Shown here piece after piece: positions 52,197 through 62,463 of a stretch of DNA of 64,000 nucleotides; the first letter of the stretch is position 1; each line of letters begins with the position of its first letter. The stretch covers positions 1,184,001 through 1,248,000 of the forward strand of contig OZ243916.1 of NCBI GenBank assembly GCA_965213675.1, in the 5' to 3' direction. A model generated the notes under the pieces. That model searched no databases and was not told where the DNA came from. It saw only the letters and a list, made by a program, of their open reading frames with translations. Source of the stretch: an uncultured Candidatus Binatia bacterium (GTDB lineage: Bacteria > Desulfobacterota > Binatia > UBA9968 > JAJDTQ01). A program made the translations under genes and the position numbers.

Positions 52197-53252
52197 CTAG
52201 CGCTTCTCGCCCATCAGCTTCTGGAAGAACAGCGCGCCGTCAGGAGGCAGATCCTTGATGGTGGCGAGCTGTTTCTCGTAATGCTCCGGAGATCCGTAGC
52301 CCACGTCGTAGCCGGCGACCGTGGCGATCTTCACGAACTCCGGGTCCTCGATGGTGGCCTTGAACGCCTTGCGCCAGACATCCACGATGGGCTGGGGCGT
52401 ATTCGGCGGAAGCATGAAGGCCCTCAGGGACTGATGAATGTTCACGGCCGTGTTGAAGGCCAGCTTCTGGGACTCGCTGATCTTGAGACCCGGCAGCTCG
52501 AGGATGTTGCGCGGCGCCTCGGCTTCCAGCCGCTTCAGCCATCCCTCGCTCGGCGGCGCATTCCACCAGAAGATCGGCACCAGCCGCTTCTTCTCCACCA
52601 GCTCGGGGTACATGCGCGGCAAGCGCCGCTCGAGGCATGTCGTCACCTCGGTCTCGCCCCGGGCGAAAGCCGCCAGTTCCTCGGCGGTGGACTTGTAGCC
52701 GTAGATGAGCTTCATGGGGCCGCCCACGAGTTGCACGAACTCGCCGCCCATGGGAACACGACCGATTCCGGGCCGCTGGGACGCCATCCGCAGGGGCCGC
52801 CCCATCTTGAGCATGTCCTCCCACGACTTGGCGACGTTGCGGTCGACGCAGATGGTGTAGTTGTCGTCCACCAGCGTGGGCGCGCCCAGGATGATGAGCT
52901 CCTTGACGTCGAAGCCCGGCACGTCCACCCCTGCCAACTCCTTCATGACCAGGCTGGTGAAGTGCGGACCCACCGTGAGGCCGTTGGGCTTTTGGCGGTT
53001 GATGTACTGAGTTCCCTTGAGGCCGGCGCCGCCGGGAACATTGCGTACAATGAACCGGGGACTGCCCGGCAAGTGCTTGGGGGCCACCTTGGCGAACAGC
53101 CGGGCGACAATGTCGTAACCGCCGCCGGCGCCAGTGCCGACGACGAGATTGACGGTTTTGCCCTTGAAGTTCACGTCCTGCGCGACCCCCTGGCCGGCAA
53201 GCAGAACGACGAACAGAACGGCGATGGCGATGGCGAAGCGTACCTGTCTCAT
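52197..53252 (-). CDS. TctC/Bug substrate-binding protein
   Basis: Signal peptide, GKTVNLVVG..AGGGYD, HLPGSP, NVPGGAG, GYKST, DPEF. Confidence 0.9.
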   Translation of the reverse strand: MRQVRFAIAIAVLFVVLLAGQGVAQDVNFKGKTVNLVVGTGAGGGYDIVARLFAKVAPKHLPGSPRFIVRNVPGGAGLKGTQYINRQKPNGLTVGPHFTSLVMKELAGVDVPGFDVKELIILGAPTLVDDNYTICVDRNVAKSWEDMLKMGRPLRMASQRPGIGRVPMGGEFVQLVGGPMKLIYGYKSTAEELAAFARGETEVTTCLERRLPRMYPELVEKKRLVPIFWWNAPPSEGWLKRLEAEAPRNILELPGLKISESQKLAFNTAVNIHQSLRAFMLPPNTPQPIVDVWRKAFKATIEDPEFVKIATVAGYDVGYGSPEHYEKQLATIKDLPPDGALFFQKLMGEKR

Positions 53253-53370
53253 GGCGGATTCCTTTCTCCGTGCGTCTGACGGATTGACCCGATACCGATG
53301 AACCCGGTATTCACCTGCTTCTTCCCGCTGCTCAACCCGGGCGGGTCCGAAGCCCGCCCCTCGAAACTCC

Positions 53371-54492
53371 TTACGCGTTTGGATAGAGGGCGTCGACCAT
53401 CCGGCGCTTGTGATAGTCCGGCGTGCCCAGATACTGGTACAGCGTGTGCGCCAGAACGCTGTGCACCATGAGCGGGTGCAGGTAGTCCGTCCCCGGGCCG
53501 GCGTGGACCATGTGGGAGTAGCTGCACGCCTGGTGGTAGCCCTCGCTGGCCGCGGCCTTGGATTCGTGGATGCCGGCCTCGGCGGGCAGGCCCTCGTCGA
53601 GCAGCCACAGGGTCTCATAAGTAGCCATGCGCGCCCGGTCCATGTGGATGGACAGCTCCACGCAGTGGTCCTGCACTCGCTGGAAACGGCCGATGATCTG
53701 GCCAAAGGCGCGGCGCTCGTTGGTATAGGCGACGGTGAACTCGTAGATCTCCTGGCACGCCCCCACCTTGTAGGCGCACAGGATGGGAATGGCCTTCTCC
53801 GCGGCCTTGTCCAGAAGATCCCAGCCCGCGCCGGGCGCCCCGATGAGGTTGGCAGCCGGCACCTGGACGCCATCGAAGGCGACCTCGCTAACCGACACCA
53901 TGAAACCGTTGTGGGGCGTCACCGTCACGCCTGGCGCGTTGCGGTCCACCAGCACCACCGACACACCGCCGCCGGCGCCACGGACCGCGCACAGGAAGGC
54001 CGTGGCGCCCTCGGCGTCGTAGACGTGGCGCTTGGTGCCGTTGAGGGTCAGGGTGTCGCCGGACTGCGAGCACGTGGTGGCCACCGTCTCCGGCCCCCAG
54101 TGGGCGCCGTGGTCGCCGATGGCCGGCACGATGATGGCGTCGCCGCCGCAGATGGCCGGCAGCAACTCCTGCTTCTGCGCGTCGGAGCCGCCGTCGAGCA
54201 CGATCTGCGCCGCCAGCACGCCGGACGCGAACACCGGACCCGGCACCGGCGCGCGCCCGAGTTCCTCGAACACCACGCCGCAGTCCAGGTACGACAGTCC
54301 GGCGCCGCCGTACGGCTCGGGCACCAGCATGCCCAGCCACCCCAGCTCGGCGATCTTGGCGTAGAGGTCGGGCAGAAAGGTGTCCTTCTTCAGGAACTGT
54401 TGGGTCAGCATCGTGGTGGGGGCCTCCGCCTGAACGAAGTCCGCGGCCACCTTCTTGAACATCTCCTGGTCTTCGCTGAGTCTCAAATCCAT
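53371..54492 (-). CDS. Acyl-CoA dehydrogenase (short subunit of a heteromeric pair)
   Basis: LSEDQEM, AELGWLG, EELGR, NGTKRHV, RRAFGQIIGRFQRVQ. Confidence 0.9.
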   Translation of the reverse strand: MDLRLSEDQEMFKKVAADFVQAEAPTTMLTQQFLKKDTFLPDLYAKIAELGWLGMLVPEPYGGAGLSYLDCGVVFEELGRAPVPGPVFASGVLAAQIVLDGGSDAQKQELLPAICGGDAIIVPAIGDHGAHWGPETVATTCSQSGDTLTLNGTKRHVYDAEGATAFLCAVRGAGGGVSVVLVDRNAPGVTVTPHNGFMVSVSEVAFDGVQVPAANLIGAPGAGWDLLDKAAEKAIPILCAYKVGACQEIYEFTVAYTNERRAFGQIIGRFQRVQDHCVELSIHMDRARMATYETLWLLDEGLPAEAGIHESKAAASEGYHQACSYSHMVHAGPGTDYLHPLMVHSVLAHTLYQYLGTPDYHKRRMVDALYPNA

Positions 54493-54612
54493 GATGGCTC
54501 CATATCGATTCTACTTTTAATTCGCGCAGTTCATGTGGAAAATTAATGACGATTCTAGTGTAGTGTCCCGCAAGAACGACCCGCCGGTCGCCCCTGCCCT
54601 GGGCTTACGGGC

Positions 54613-55827
54613 TTACACCGTATCCGGCGCTTGCTCCTTGGTTGCCCGGCCGATGCCGGCGCGGCGGGCGAAGATGAGCCGGTCGGTGTCCAGGGTGCCG
54701 CCACCGTGAAGCTGTCCGGGGCCGCTGCGGATGACGTACTCGAAATCCACCACCTCGTGGACGCCGTGGTCCGGGATCAGTGCGTCGGCGCCCATGATCT
54801 TCTGCAACCGCTCGCCGTTCCTGAGCCGGGCCATGCGCTGATAATACCGAAACTGGGCGCCGCCGTAGGCATGCGGCTCCTTGACGAAGCGGTGCCAGAA
54901 GATGCGCCGGTTCATGCGGTTGACCGTATTGATCTCCAGGATCATGTCCGCGATGGTGTCGCGCACATGCGGGTCTTCGATGAGCGGCTTGCCGCCCACC
55001 TCGTGGTTCCGGCAGTACTCCACCACCCGGTCCACGACGGGGTCGGTGCCCACCCGGCCGTCGCCGCCGTGCTCCAGCTCCAGGTGCGTGTGGGCCACCT
55101 TCCAGCCGTTGTTCTCACCGCCGACGAGGTACTTGGCGGGCACCCGCACACCGTCGAAGAACACGGCATTCTTGATGCCCATCATCAGGTGCATGTGCTG
55201 GATGGTGACTCCCGGCAGGTTGGCCGGGATGTGCAGCCAGCTCAGGTTCTCGTGGCGCTTGCCGTCGGGATCTGTGCATACCAGCGTCCACAACGCGTCC
55301 GGCGGCAGGTGGTGACCCACCATGACCTTCTGGCCGGTGACGATGTAGTCGTCGCCGTCGCGGATGGCGCGGGTCTGGCAATTGGCCACGTCGCTGCCGC
55401 TCTGGGGCTCGGTGAGTACCTGCCACACCACGATCTCACCGCGGGTGATGGGCGGCAGGAACTCGCGCTTCTGCTCCTCGCTGCCCCAGTGAAGCAGCAC
55501 CGGCGCCACGATTCGCGCCAGGGTGTAGAAGATGTGGGTGAGGTTCAGGCTGTAACGGGCCAGCTCGGTCTCCAGCACGAACTGGTGATCCACGGTGAGG
55601 CCGGCGCCGCCGTACTCCTCCGGGAACATGGGGAACAGCCAACCCTTCTTGCCCAGCTTCTCCCCCAGCCCGCGGCGGAAGCCGTATTCCTCTTCATCCT
55701 CCCGCGTGGACCACGAGGCCGACCAGCGCAGATGCTCCGACCCCTTCATGTTCTCTTCCATCCAGGCCCGGACTTCCTTGCGGAACTCGCTCATCTCCGG
55801 TGAATCTTGTTGCAGGTTGAAATCCAT
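54613..55827 (-). CDS. Acyl-CoA dehydrogenase (long subunit)
   Basis: FRKEVRAW, PEEYGG, LTEPQSGSD, GQKV, VFFDGVRVP, GGENNGW. Confidence 0.92.
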   Translation of the reverse strand: MDFNLQQDSPEMSEFRKEVRAWMEENMKGSEHLRWSASWSTREDEEEYGFRRGLGEKLGKKGWLFPMFPEEYGGAGLTVDHQFVLETELARYSLNLTHIFYTLARIVAPVLLHWGSEEQKREFLPPITRGEIVVWQVLTEPQSGSDVANCQTRAIRDGDDYIVTGQKVMVGHHLPPDALWTLVCTDPDGKRHENLSWLHIPANLPGVTIQHMHLMMGIKNAVFFDGVRVPAKYLVGGENNGWKVAHTHLELEHGGDGRVGTDPVVDRVVEYCRNHEVGGKPLIEDPHVRDTIADMILEINTVNRMNRRIFWHRFVKEPHAYGGAQFRYYQRMARLRNGERLQKIMGADALIPDHGVHEVVDFEYVIRSGPGQLHGGGTLDTDRLIFARRAGIGRATKEQAPDTV

Positions 55828-55856
55828 AAATGCTCCTTGCTCGCTAAACGCCCCCT

Positions 55857-55972
55857 CCGTCATTCCCGCAAGAGCATGCCCTCGACCCTGATCGGGGGCG
55901 GGAATCCAGGGGTGGCAACCCGGCGCTTCGTGGCCCCACCCCGCCTGGATTCCCGCTTCCGCGGGAATGACG
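55857..55972. repeat. Inverted pair of family-A REP units
   Basis: CCGTCATTCCCGC...GGAATCCAGG and CCTGGATTCCCGCTTCCGCGGGAATGACGG. Confidence 0.75.
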
Positions 55973-56157
55973 GCAATGGGTGTAGGTGCCTTTGCGTATC
56001 CAACCGGAGTCTTTCACGAACGACCGGCGTCTTTCGCAAACGGCGTCTTTCACAAACGCTTTCGCGAAAATGACGGAGGGGGAATCATACTCTCATGCCG
56101 TCCGAATCGCGGTCGGCGCCATCCGATTCGCATGATTCCGATTGATGCATCACGCTC

Positions 56158-57249
56158 TCATGCCGTCCGAATCGGCTTGGTCACGGCCAGGGTGTTCCGG
56201 CCGGTCCACATGGGCAGCAGCACGCAGTGGCGGTGCTTGCCGCCGGTGACGATGACCATGATGTCGTCGGGCCGCGTCGCCAGGTGCACGATGCCGTCGG
56301 CCGTGACGTTGGGCGACTCCCGCAGCAGTTCCTCATCGCTCTTGGTCCCCTTGCGCCGGTCCGGGATGCTGGCAAAGGTGATGGTGGAATGCTCCCAGAG
56401 ATACCCGCGCACGTCCGCCCGGGTGATGCCGTCCCGCGCCATGATCTCGGCGTCCTCGCTGCACAGGGCCACCAGCGGCGTGCCGCCGCCGAAGCTGCCC
56501 ACGTCCAGGTGACTGCCGCCGTGGTGCATGGCGATGACCTCGGCCAGCGACGACAGCGCCTCGGCTCCGGTGCTGCCCGCGGTGTGCATGGGAATGAAGC
56601 CGTTGATGCCGCACACGGTGACGGTGCTCTGATCGGGCTTGTAGCCCCGGCTCACATGGTAGGGCTCCCAAGGGCTGTTTTCCTCGTTCTCGCCGAAGCA
56701 GAAGCTGTACTTCCCCGGCCAGCCGAAGGTGGCGCGGTCGGTGTCGCCGGGATAGCCGCCGCCGATGGTGATGAGGATCAGGCGGATGGCGCGGCCGATG
56801 GTGGCGTTGGCGCGGTGCCCGGGGCCGAACGCGCCCGCGTCGCAATTGATGCCCAGATCGTTCCGCACCGGGCCGTTCACCAGCAGCGCCGGACCCGCGT
56901 ATCCGGTGGTGGCCTGAACGCCGTAGAGGTTGAAGCGGGGCTCCATGATGCCCTCCACCGCGGCCAGGACCACCGGCAGGTACTCCGGCAGGCACCCCGC
57001 CATCACGCTGCTGACGGCGATCTTCTCGACCGTGGCGGGCGCCCACTTGGGCGGCACCTGCCCGATGATCTCCTGGGGGTCGCGGTGGGTGCCCGCAAGC
57101 ATGCGCTCCACGCGCTCCCGGGTGGGCGGCACGATGGGCAGGCCGTCGCTGAGTTGGCGGTTCAGGAACCAGTCGTTGGCCGCCTCCAGCGAGTCCTCCA
57201 CCTCGATAACTTCAGAGACGAGCTTCACCTGTGGGGTATCGGTAGCCAT
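56158..57249 (-). CDS. Conserved hypothetical protein of the type found next to UGSC selenoproteins
   Basis: SDGLPIVPPT.ERV, ATVEKIA, VMAGC.PEY, VNGP, RANATIGRA, ENEENSPW. Confidence 0.8.
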   Translation of the reverse strand: MATDTPQVKLVSEVIEVEDSLEAANDWFLNRQLSDGLPIVPPTRERVERMLAGTHRDPQEIIGQVPPKWAPATVEKIAVSSVMAGCLPEYLPVVLAAVEGIMEPRFNLYGVQATTGYAGPALLVNGPVRNDLGINCDAGAFGPGHRANATIGRAIRLILITIGGGYPGDTDRATFGWPGKYSFCFGENEENSPWEPYHVSRGYKPDQSTVTVCGINGFIPMHTAGSTGAEALSSLAEVIAMHHGGSHLDVGSFGGGTPLVALCSEDAEIMARDGITRADVRGYLWEHSTITFASIPDRRKGTKSDEELLRESPNVTADGIVHLATRPDDIMVIVTGGKHRHCVLLPMWTGRNTLAVTKPIRTA

Positions 57250-57289
57250 GCGTGAAGGGTGCGCGTGGTGTCGGATGTCCGCCGATGCA

Positions 57290-57880
57290 CTATTTGGCCG
57301 CCTGGGCTTCAACTCCCGCGGCGCCGGCCGGCTCAGACTCGGCCGCATCGGCGTCCGTCAGGGTCTCGCGCACCGGACCGATGGCGATTCTCGCATCCTC
57401 GGCGTGTTCACCCGGCCGGGCGCCGCCGCTCGGATGGTGCGGGATCTGCACCAGCGGCAGTTGCGGCATGCCGAAGAACACCGCTTCCTTCCGGCCCAGC
57501 TCCATGAAAATGGTCTGGCACAGGGTCACCGTAGGGGTGCCGCGCTTCTGAATCTCGATGGCGTCGTGGACACTCCACGACGTGCAGGACCCTCAAGCAC
57601 CGAGGCCGGTGACGACCGCGTCGCACCGGCTCAGCATCTCCTCGATCAGTTCCCCCGGCGCCGCATTCATGTGGCTCGGTTTCTTCCGCAGCAGCACTTC
57701 CGCCGCGCCGGTCTGCTCCTCGATCAACCGTGCCAGTTCCTCGAACATCGGGCTCGAGTTGGCCTGGCCGTTGTCGATGATCCCAACTACCTTCCCGGCC
57801 AGATCGTCCAACCCCGGCACAGGCGGATGGTTCTCCAGCAGGACATCGGCCCGCGGATCGAGCATCTGTAGCTTTCCCAT
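57290..57880 (-). CDS. UGSC-family selenoprotein (in-frame TGA at 57595-57593 read as Sec)
   Basis: DAVVTGLGA-TGA-GSCTSWSVHD continues in frame to 57290; GGAGG RBS; hairpin after the UGA. Confidence 0.88.
57562..57582 (-). promoter_or_regulatory. Candidate bacterial SECIS hairpin
   Basis: CGUCGUGGA-GUG-UCCACGACG, a 9-bp perfect stem starting 10 nt after the UGA. Confidence 0.65.
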
Positions 57881-57959
57881 GAGGCCCTCCATCGTACGCG
57901 TGAGCTATCTGCCAGACACTACCGAAGGGGCGTTCGTGTTGTCAACGGCGTTGCCAACG

Positions 57960-59168
57960 TTACAGGAGCTGAGACAGGAAGGTCTTGGCCGGCACGACCA
58001 GCGGCGGCCCGGGCCTTGCGAAGCAGTCGGCGTCGACATGGTCGGCATAGACCATGACCTGGAACGCAAACGGTGCTCCGAGGTGGTCCTGGTAGTACTT
58101 GAGCGTCCGGCTCATGGACTCGTCGCGGTGCTTGACCTCGACGAGGAACCAAGGCTTCCCCTCTCGGGTAACCAGAAAATCCACTTCCCGCTTTTCCCGG
58201 TCCCGCAGATAGCCGAGCTCGAACCGGCCGAGGCCCATGTCGTTCCAGCCGTCCACCGCCTTGAGGAGGTGGCACGCGACGAAAGTCTCCGCCTTCTGCC
58301 CCGCATCCGCGATGTCCGCCCAGTCTCTCAGGTACCACTTGGGCTCCTTGCGCAACGATCGCGAGACGTTCCGGAACCACGGCCTGACCAGGAAGCCCAG
58401 GTGGAAATCACACAACGCGGCCACCCATCGGCGGATGGTATCCGCCGACACGCGTACCTCCCTGGCGAGGTTGCCGTACACGAGCTGACGCCCGGACTGC
58501 CGGCTCAATCGTTGGACCAGCACCTCCAACTGGTCGATCTGCTGAACCTGGGTGAGGTCGCGGATGTCTTCCCGGACCAGTTGCGCGAGGCGCAGCGAAC
58601 GCCACCTGCGGCTGAAACGCATGTCGCGCCTGAGGAACGGCTCCGGATATCCTCCGTGACGCCACAGCGCTTCGAAATCGGCCGCGTCGATCCGGCCCGG
58701 AGCCCGGACGATCCGCTCCGCGTCGGGAAGCTCCCTGCTTACCATCTCGGCCACGGAGAACGGATGCATCCGATAGGCGAAGTACCGCCCCATCAGGCTG
58801 TCGCCGCCCCGGCGGTAGACGTCCAGTCGGCTGCTGCCGGTGACGATGACGCGAAGCCGGTCTCCGTAGGTGTCGAACAACCCTTTCAGGAACGGCTTCC
58901 AGGAAGGGAACTTGTGAAGCTCATCGAAGAGCGCCACCGGCGTTGTGCTGGAGAGCCGGTTCGCTCCCATGGCGGCGGTGAGATCGGCCGGACCCGCCAG
59001 CACCAGCTCCCGGTCATCGAGATTGTCCCAGTTGCAGTAGCTGTCGGCGTGACGCCGGCACGTCGTGGTCTTGCCTACCTGCCGTGGACCGCTGACGAAC
59101 GCCATCTGCCGGTTGCCGGACAAGTGCTCGGCGAGCAGGGCGTCGTAGACGCGCGATTCCGTATCCAT
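57960..59168 (-). CDS. AAA_14 ATPase with DUF4143 C-terminus
   Basis: GPRQVGKTT, LFDELHK, VTGSS, SLMGR, GGYPE, PKWYLRD, EVDF, VEVK. Confidence 0.9.
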   Translation of the reverse strand: MDTESRVYDALLAEHLSGNRQMAFVSGPRQVGKTTTCRRHADSYCNWDNLDDRELVLAGPADLTAAMGANRLSSTTPVALFDELHKFPSWKPFLKGLFDTYGDRLRVIVTGSSRLDVYRRGGDSLMGRYFAYRMHPFSVAEMVSRELPDAERIVRAPGRIDAADFEALWRHGGYPEPFLRRDMRFSRRWRSLRLAQLVREDIRDLTQVQQIDQLEVLVQRLSRQSGRQLVYGNLAREVRVSADTIRRWVAALCDFHLGFLVRPWFRNVSRSLRKEPKWYLRDWADIADAGQKAETFVACHLLKAVDGWNDMGLGRFELGYLRDREKREVDFLVTREGKPWFLVEVKHRDESMSRTLKYYQDHLGAPFAFQVMVYADHVDADCFARPGPPLVVPAKTFLSQLL

Positions 59169-59334
59169 GTCCGATCATTATCCCTAGCATCGTGTTTTAG
59201 TCAAGATAAATCTACGATATATCGTATTTTGGTCAGGTATTGGCGCGCCCTTCCCGTCTCTTCACAGAAGCACCTCCCAACCACGCTTCGTGTAGCCAGC
59301 GTCCATCCAGGGGAGGAACGACGCGTGGCAAAGC

Positions 59335-60507
59335 TCAACGGCCCCACAGCCGCTCGCTCGCCAGTCGCGCTCCCTCGGACATGGCCTGGAACTTGGCCCA
59401 GACGATGGCAGGATGGATTTCCGGGACCTCCAGGGCCTGGGTGCCGAAGCCGCAGTCGCTGCCGGCGATGACGTTTTCGCGGCCGACGACGCTGGCGAAG
59501 CGTTCGAGGCGCTGGGCGATGATCTCCGGGTGCTCCACCACTACCGACGACTGGGTGATGACGCCGGGGATGACGAGCTTGCCGTCGGGCAGCCTCACAT
59601 CCCGCCAGATGGTCCACTCGTGCTCGTGACGAGGGTTGGATGCCTCGAAGGAGAGGGCGCCGGCGCGGATCTTCAGCACGATGTCGATGTAGTCCTTCAT
59701 CTCCATGTCGTGCACCCGCGGCCCCATGTTGATGCCGTAGCAGGTGTGGTAGCGCACCCGGTCCTCGGGGATGCCGCGCAGGGCGTGGTTGATGCCTTCC
59801 ACTTGGCCTTCCGCCCAGACGCGGCACTGCGCGAGGCTCAGGTCCGGGCTTTTGACGTAGTAGTTGATGAGACGCGGGTCGTCGATCTGCAGCAGGAATC
59901 CGGCGTCGACGATGGCCTGGTATTCCACGCGCAGGGCGTCGGCAATGGCGAACAGGAACTCCTCGTCGGACTTGTAGTACTCGTTCTCCACGTTGCCGGC
60001 CACGTCGCACGGTGAGATGGCGGGCACGAAGGCTTCCACCACGCCGGCCTCGGCCACCGCGGCCTTGAGGTTGGCCAGGTCCGTCGCCAGCCGTTCCTGG
60101 GCCTTGTAGGCCAGAGGGCCGGTACACGCCATCTGCATGTTGCTCGGGTTGGGAGTGCTTCCCGGAATCGTGTTGGAGCCTGCATAGAACTCCGGAAAAG
60201 CCTGCGACTCGCGCGAGTTGTCCCAAGGCGACACTCGTACCCGGCCGGTGGGCGAAAGGCCGTCGAGCCGCGTATGCGCGTACACCGCAAAGCCACGCTT
60301 ACTGAGTTCGCCGTCGTCGACGATGTCCACGCCGAGTTCCTGCTGGCGGCGCACGATGGCGTGGACCGCGCCCCGGAGCTTTTCCTCGTAGTCGGCCGGG
60401 TCCACCGCCCTGCCCTCGTTCTCTGCCAGGATCGCCTCGATGAGTTCCTGCGGGCGCGGCAGACTACCGGTATGGGTGACTAGAATGCGTTCGGTGCTGT
60501 GCAGCAT
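59335..60507 (-). CDS. Cobalamin-independent methionine synthase II family protein
   Basis: HTGSLPRP, DDGE, LQIDDP, HTCYG, EASNPRHEHEW, PGVI, DCGFG. Confidence 0.92.
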   Translation of the reverse strand: MLHSTERILVTHTGSLPRPQELIEAILAENEGRAVDPADYEEKLRGAVHAIVRRQQELGVDIVDDGELSKRGFAVYAHTRLDGLSPTGRVRVSPWDNSRESQAFPEFYAGSNTIPGSTPNPSNMQMACTGPLAYKAQERLATDLANLKAAVAEAGVVEAFVPAISPCDVAGNVENEYYKSDEEFLFAIADALRVEYQAIVDAGFLLQIDDPRLINYYVKSPDLSLAQCRVWAEGQVEGINHALRGIPEDRVRYHTCYGINMGPRVHDMEMKDYIDIVLKIRAGALSFEASNPRHEHEWTIWRDVRLPDGKLVIPGVITQSSVVVEHPEIIAQRLERFASVVGRENVIAGSDCGFGTQALEVPEIHPAIVWAKFQAMSEGARLASERLWGR

Positions 60508-60667
60508 GGCGACCTCCGTCCAGGGGAACTCCGATCCATCGGCAGCTTTCGACTTCGCTCCGCCACGCCTGTCCTGAGCGCGTCCAAGGGCTCGGGATGA
60601 ACAGTGGCGGAATATCGGCCGTTCGTCCCGAGCGGAGCGCAGTGGCAGGACTGCCGGCCGTGCGCGA

Positions 60668-61087
60668 TCAGAATGCGTTGTTCACCGGTTTGAACTTGTA
60701 CAGCGTCCGGTCCTCGGTGACGTCGTCGAACACCACCTCCACCGGCATGTCGCAACTCAGGGCGTCGGGCTGGCACCCCACCACGTTGGTGGTGAGGCGC
60801 GGGCCCTCGTCCAGTTCCACCACCACCAGGGCGTAGGGCAGGTCCTCGGCGAAGCCCTTGTGGTAGGCCCGGTGGTACACGCCGAAGGAGTAGATCTTCC
60901 CCTTGCCGCTCACCCGGGTCCAGGTCCAGTCGGTGCTCCAGCACGCGGGGCAGGTGGCGGCGGGGGGGAACCAGTGGTGCGCGCACCGTTCGCAGCGCGG
61001 CACCCGCAGTTCGTGGCGCTTGCAGCCCTCCCAGAAGGGCTCGGACTCCACCGACGGCGGCGGCAGCGGCTTGTTGTAGTCGCTCAT
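60668..61087 (-). CDS. Zn-ribbon/OB-fold DUF35 protein
   Basis: PFWEG, CERC..PP...CPAC, SGKGKIYS, VELDEGPRL; overlaps the thiolase stop. Confidence 0.9.
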   Translation of the reverse strand: MSDYNKPLPPPSVESEPFWEGCKRHELRVPRCERCAHHWFPPAATCPACWSTDWTWTRVSGKGKIYSFGVYHRAYHKGFAEDLPYALVVVELDEGPRLTTNVVGCQPDALSCDMPVEVVFDDVTEDRTLYKFKPVNNAF

Positions 61088-62256
61088 CCCGCTTCCCTCC
61101 CCAGGATCAGCGCCGACTGGCACACGGTGTTGCCGCCGTGGCCGCTGACCAGGGCGATGTCGCAGTCCTTCACCTGCCGATCGGGTGTGTGCTCGCGGCG
61201 GACTTGGCGCGCGCCCTCCAGCACCTGGAGCATGCCTTCGATATGCCCTTCCGAAAGCTGCCCGCCCGACGTGTTGGTGGGCAGCACGCCGTCGGCTTCC
61301 AGTGCCCCGGAGCCGACGAACGGGCCGCCCTCGCCCTTGGCGCAGAAGCCGTAGTCCTCAAGCTGGAGCAATACCATGTGGGTGAAGCAGTCGTAGATCT
61401 GAGCGGTGTCCACATCCCTGGGGCCGATGCCCGCCATCTGGTACGCGGCCTCCCCCGCCTCCTTGGCGCCGGTGGTGATCATGTTGTCGTCAAGGTGCCA
61501 GCCGCTCAGACGGTTGCCGAAGCCGAAACCCAGGACATAGGCCGGCGGCTGCCGGAGGTCCCGGGCGCGCTCCGCGCTGGTTACCACCACCGCGCCGGCG
61601 CCATCGATGAACACGCTGCAGTCGTACAGGCACAGCGGGTCCACGATGAGCCGGGCGCTCAGGTACTCGTCCAGCGTCAGCGGCTTCTGCATGAAGGCAA
61701 GCGGATTCTTGCGGGCGTGGTTGCGGAACGCCACGGCGATGGCGCCGAGCTGCGCCTTGGTGGTGCCGAAACGCTCCATGTGGCGGCGCGCCGCGAGCGC
61801 GTAGTTCACCGGCGCGCCGAACTGGCCGAACTCGGAGCCGAACTCCGAATAGGTCCGGGGCCGGGAGGCCACGGCCTGCTTTGCCTCGGCGGTGCGGTGC
61901 GTGCGCGACCAGGTGTCGCGGCCGTAGCCCACCACCACGGTATTGCAGACGCCGGCCTCGATGGCCATGCACGCCATGGCCACGGCCATGGTCTGGCTGG
62001 CGCCACCGTTGGCCGTGGACGTGCTGAAGGTCACGTTGAGGCCGAGTGCCTCGCCCACCTTCTGGTGATGGCAATAAACGTCGTCCGGGCCGCGGGTAAT
62101 GAGGCCGTCCACGTCCTCCTTCTTCAAGCCCGCGTCCTCGATGGCGTTCCTGGCCGCCACCGCGAAAAGCCCGATGGGGCCCATCTCCGGCACCTTGCCG
62201 AGGGGGCTCTGCCCCACCCCGGCGATGGCGTACTTGCCGCTCAGATTCGTGCTCAT
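61084..62256 (-). CDS. Thiolase-superfamily protein (SCP-x/Ltp2-like)
   Basis: AIAGVG, GGAS (no Cys), NPLA, LYDC...DGA, YDCFT, NTSGGQLSEGH. Confidence 0.9.
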   Translation of the reverse strand: MSTNLSGKYAIAGVGQSPLGKVPEMGPIGLFAVAARNAIEDAGLKKEDVDGLITRGPDDVYCHHQKVGEALGLNVTFSTSTANGGASQTMAVAMACMAIEAGVCNTVVVGYGRDTWSRTHRTAEAKQAVASRPRTYSEFGSEFGQFGAPVNYALAARRHMERFGTTKAQLGAIAVAFRNHARKNPLAFMQKPLTLDEYLSARLIVDPLCLYDCSVFIDGAGAVVVTSAERARDLRQPPAYVLGFGFGNRLSGWHLDDNMITTGAKEAGEAAYQMAGIGPRDVDTAQIYDCFTHMVLLQLEDYGFCAKGEGGPFVGSGALEADGVLPTNTSGGQLSEGHIEGMLQVLEGARQVRREHTPDRQVKDCDIALVSGHGGNTVCQSALILGREAG

Positions 62257-62294
62257 GGTTCCTCCCGTGTGCCCCTTCGGGTCATCGAATTCAG

Positions 62295-62463
62295 GAGCCT
62301 GACCGGTTTGTCAAGCATCCACCGCGAGGCAGGGAAAGGGTCCACTGGGGTCCAGTTCCGGTTGGAGCTTCGTCCAGGTTCCCCAATGTTTCCCTCCAAA
62401 TCCATCCGAACCCGGCCTCCATCTCCCTGCCTCTCGCCACGAATCGATAAACCCCACAGGCTC
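62295..62463. mobile_element. MITE-like element, diverged copy 3
   Basis: GAGCCTGACCGGTTTGTCAAG...GATAAACCCCACAGGCTC; interior alignable by eye to copy 1. Confidence 0.7.

Noticed and set aside
56005-56070. Short tandem GTCTTTC(A/G)C(A/G)AAC units considered as a mini CRISPR array
   Set aside because: Units are about 13-17 bp with no spacers of CRISPR length, and no cas genes are present; this is a simple degenerate tandem repeat.
56090-56174. 20-bp direct repeat CTCTCATGCCGTCCGAATCG duplicating a gene 3' end (att-like)
   Set aside because: Only 45 bp lie between the copies and no integrase is nearby; most likely a local duplication or an excision scar.
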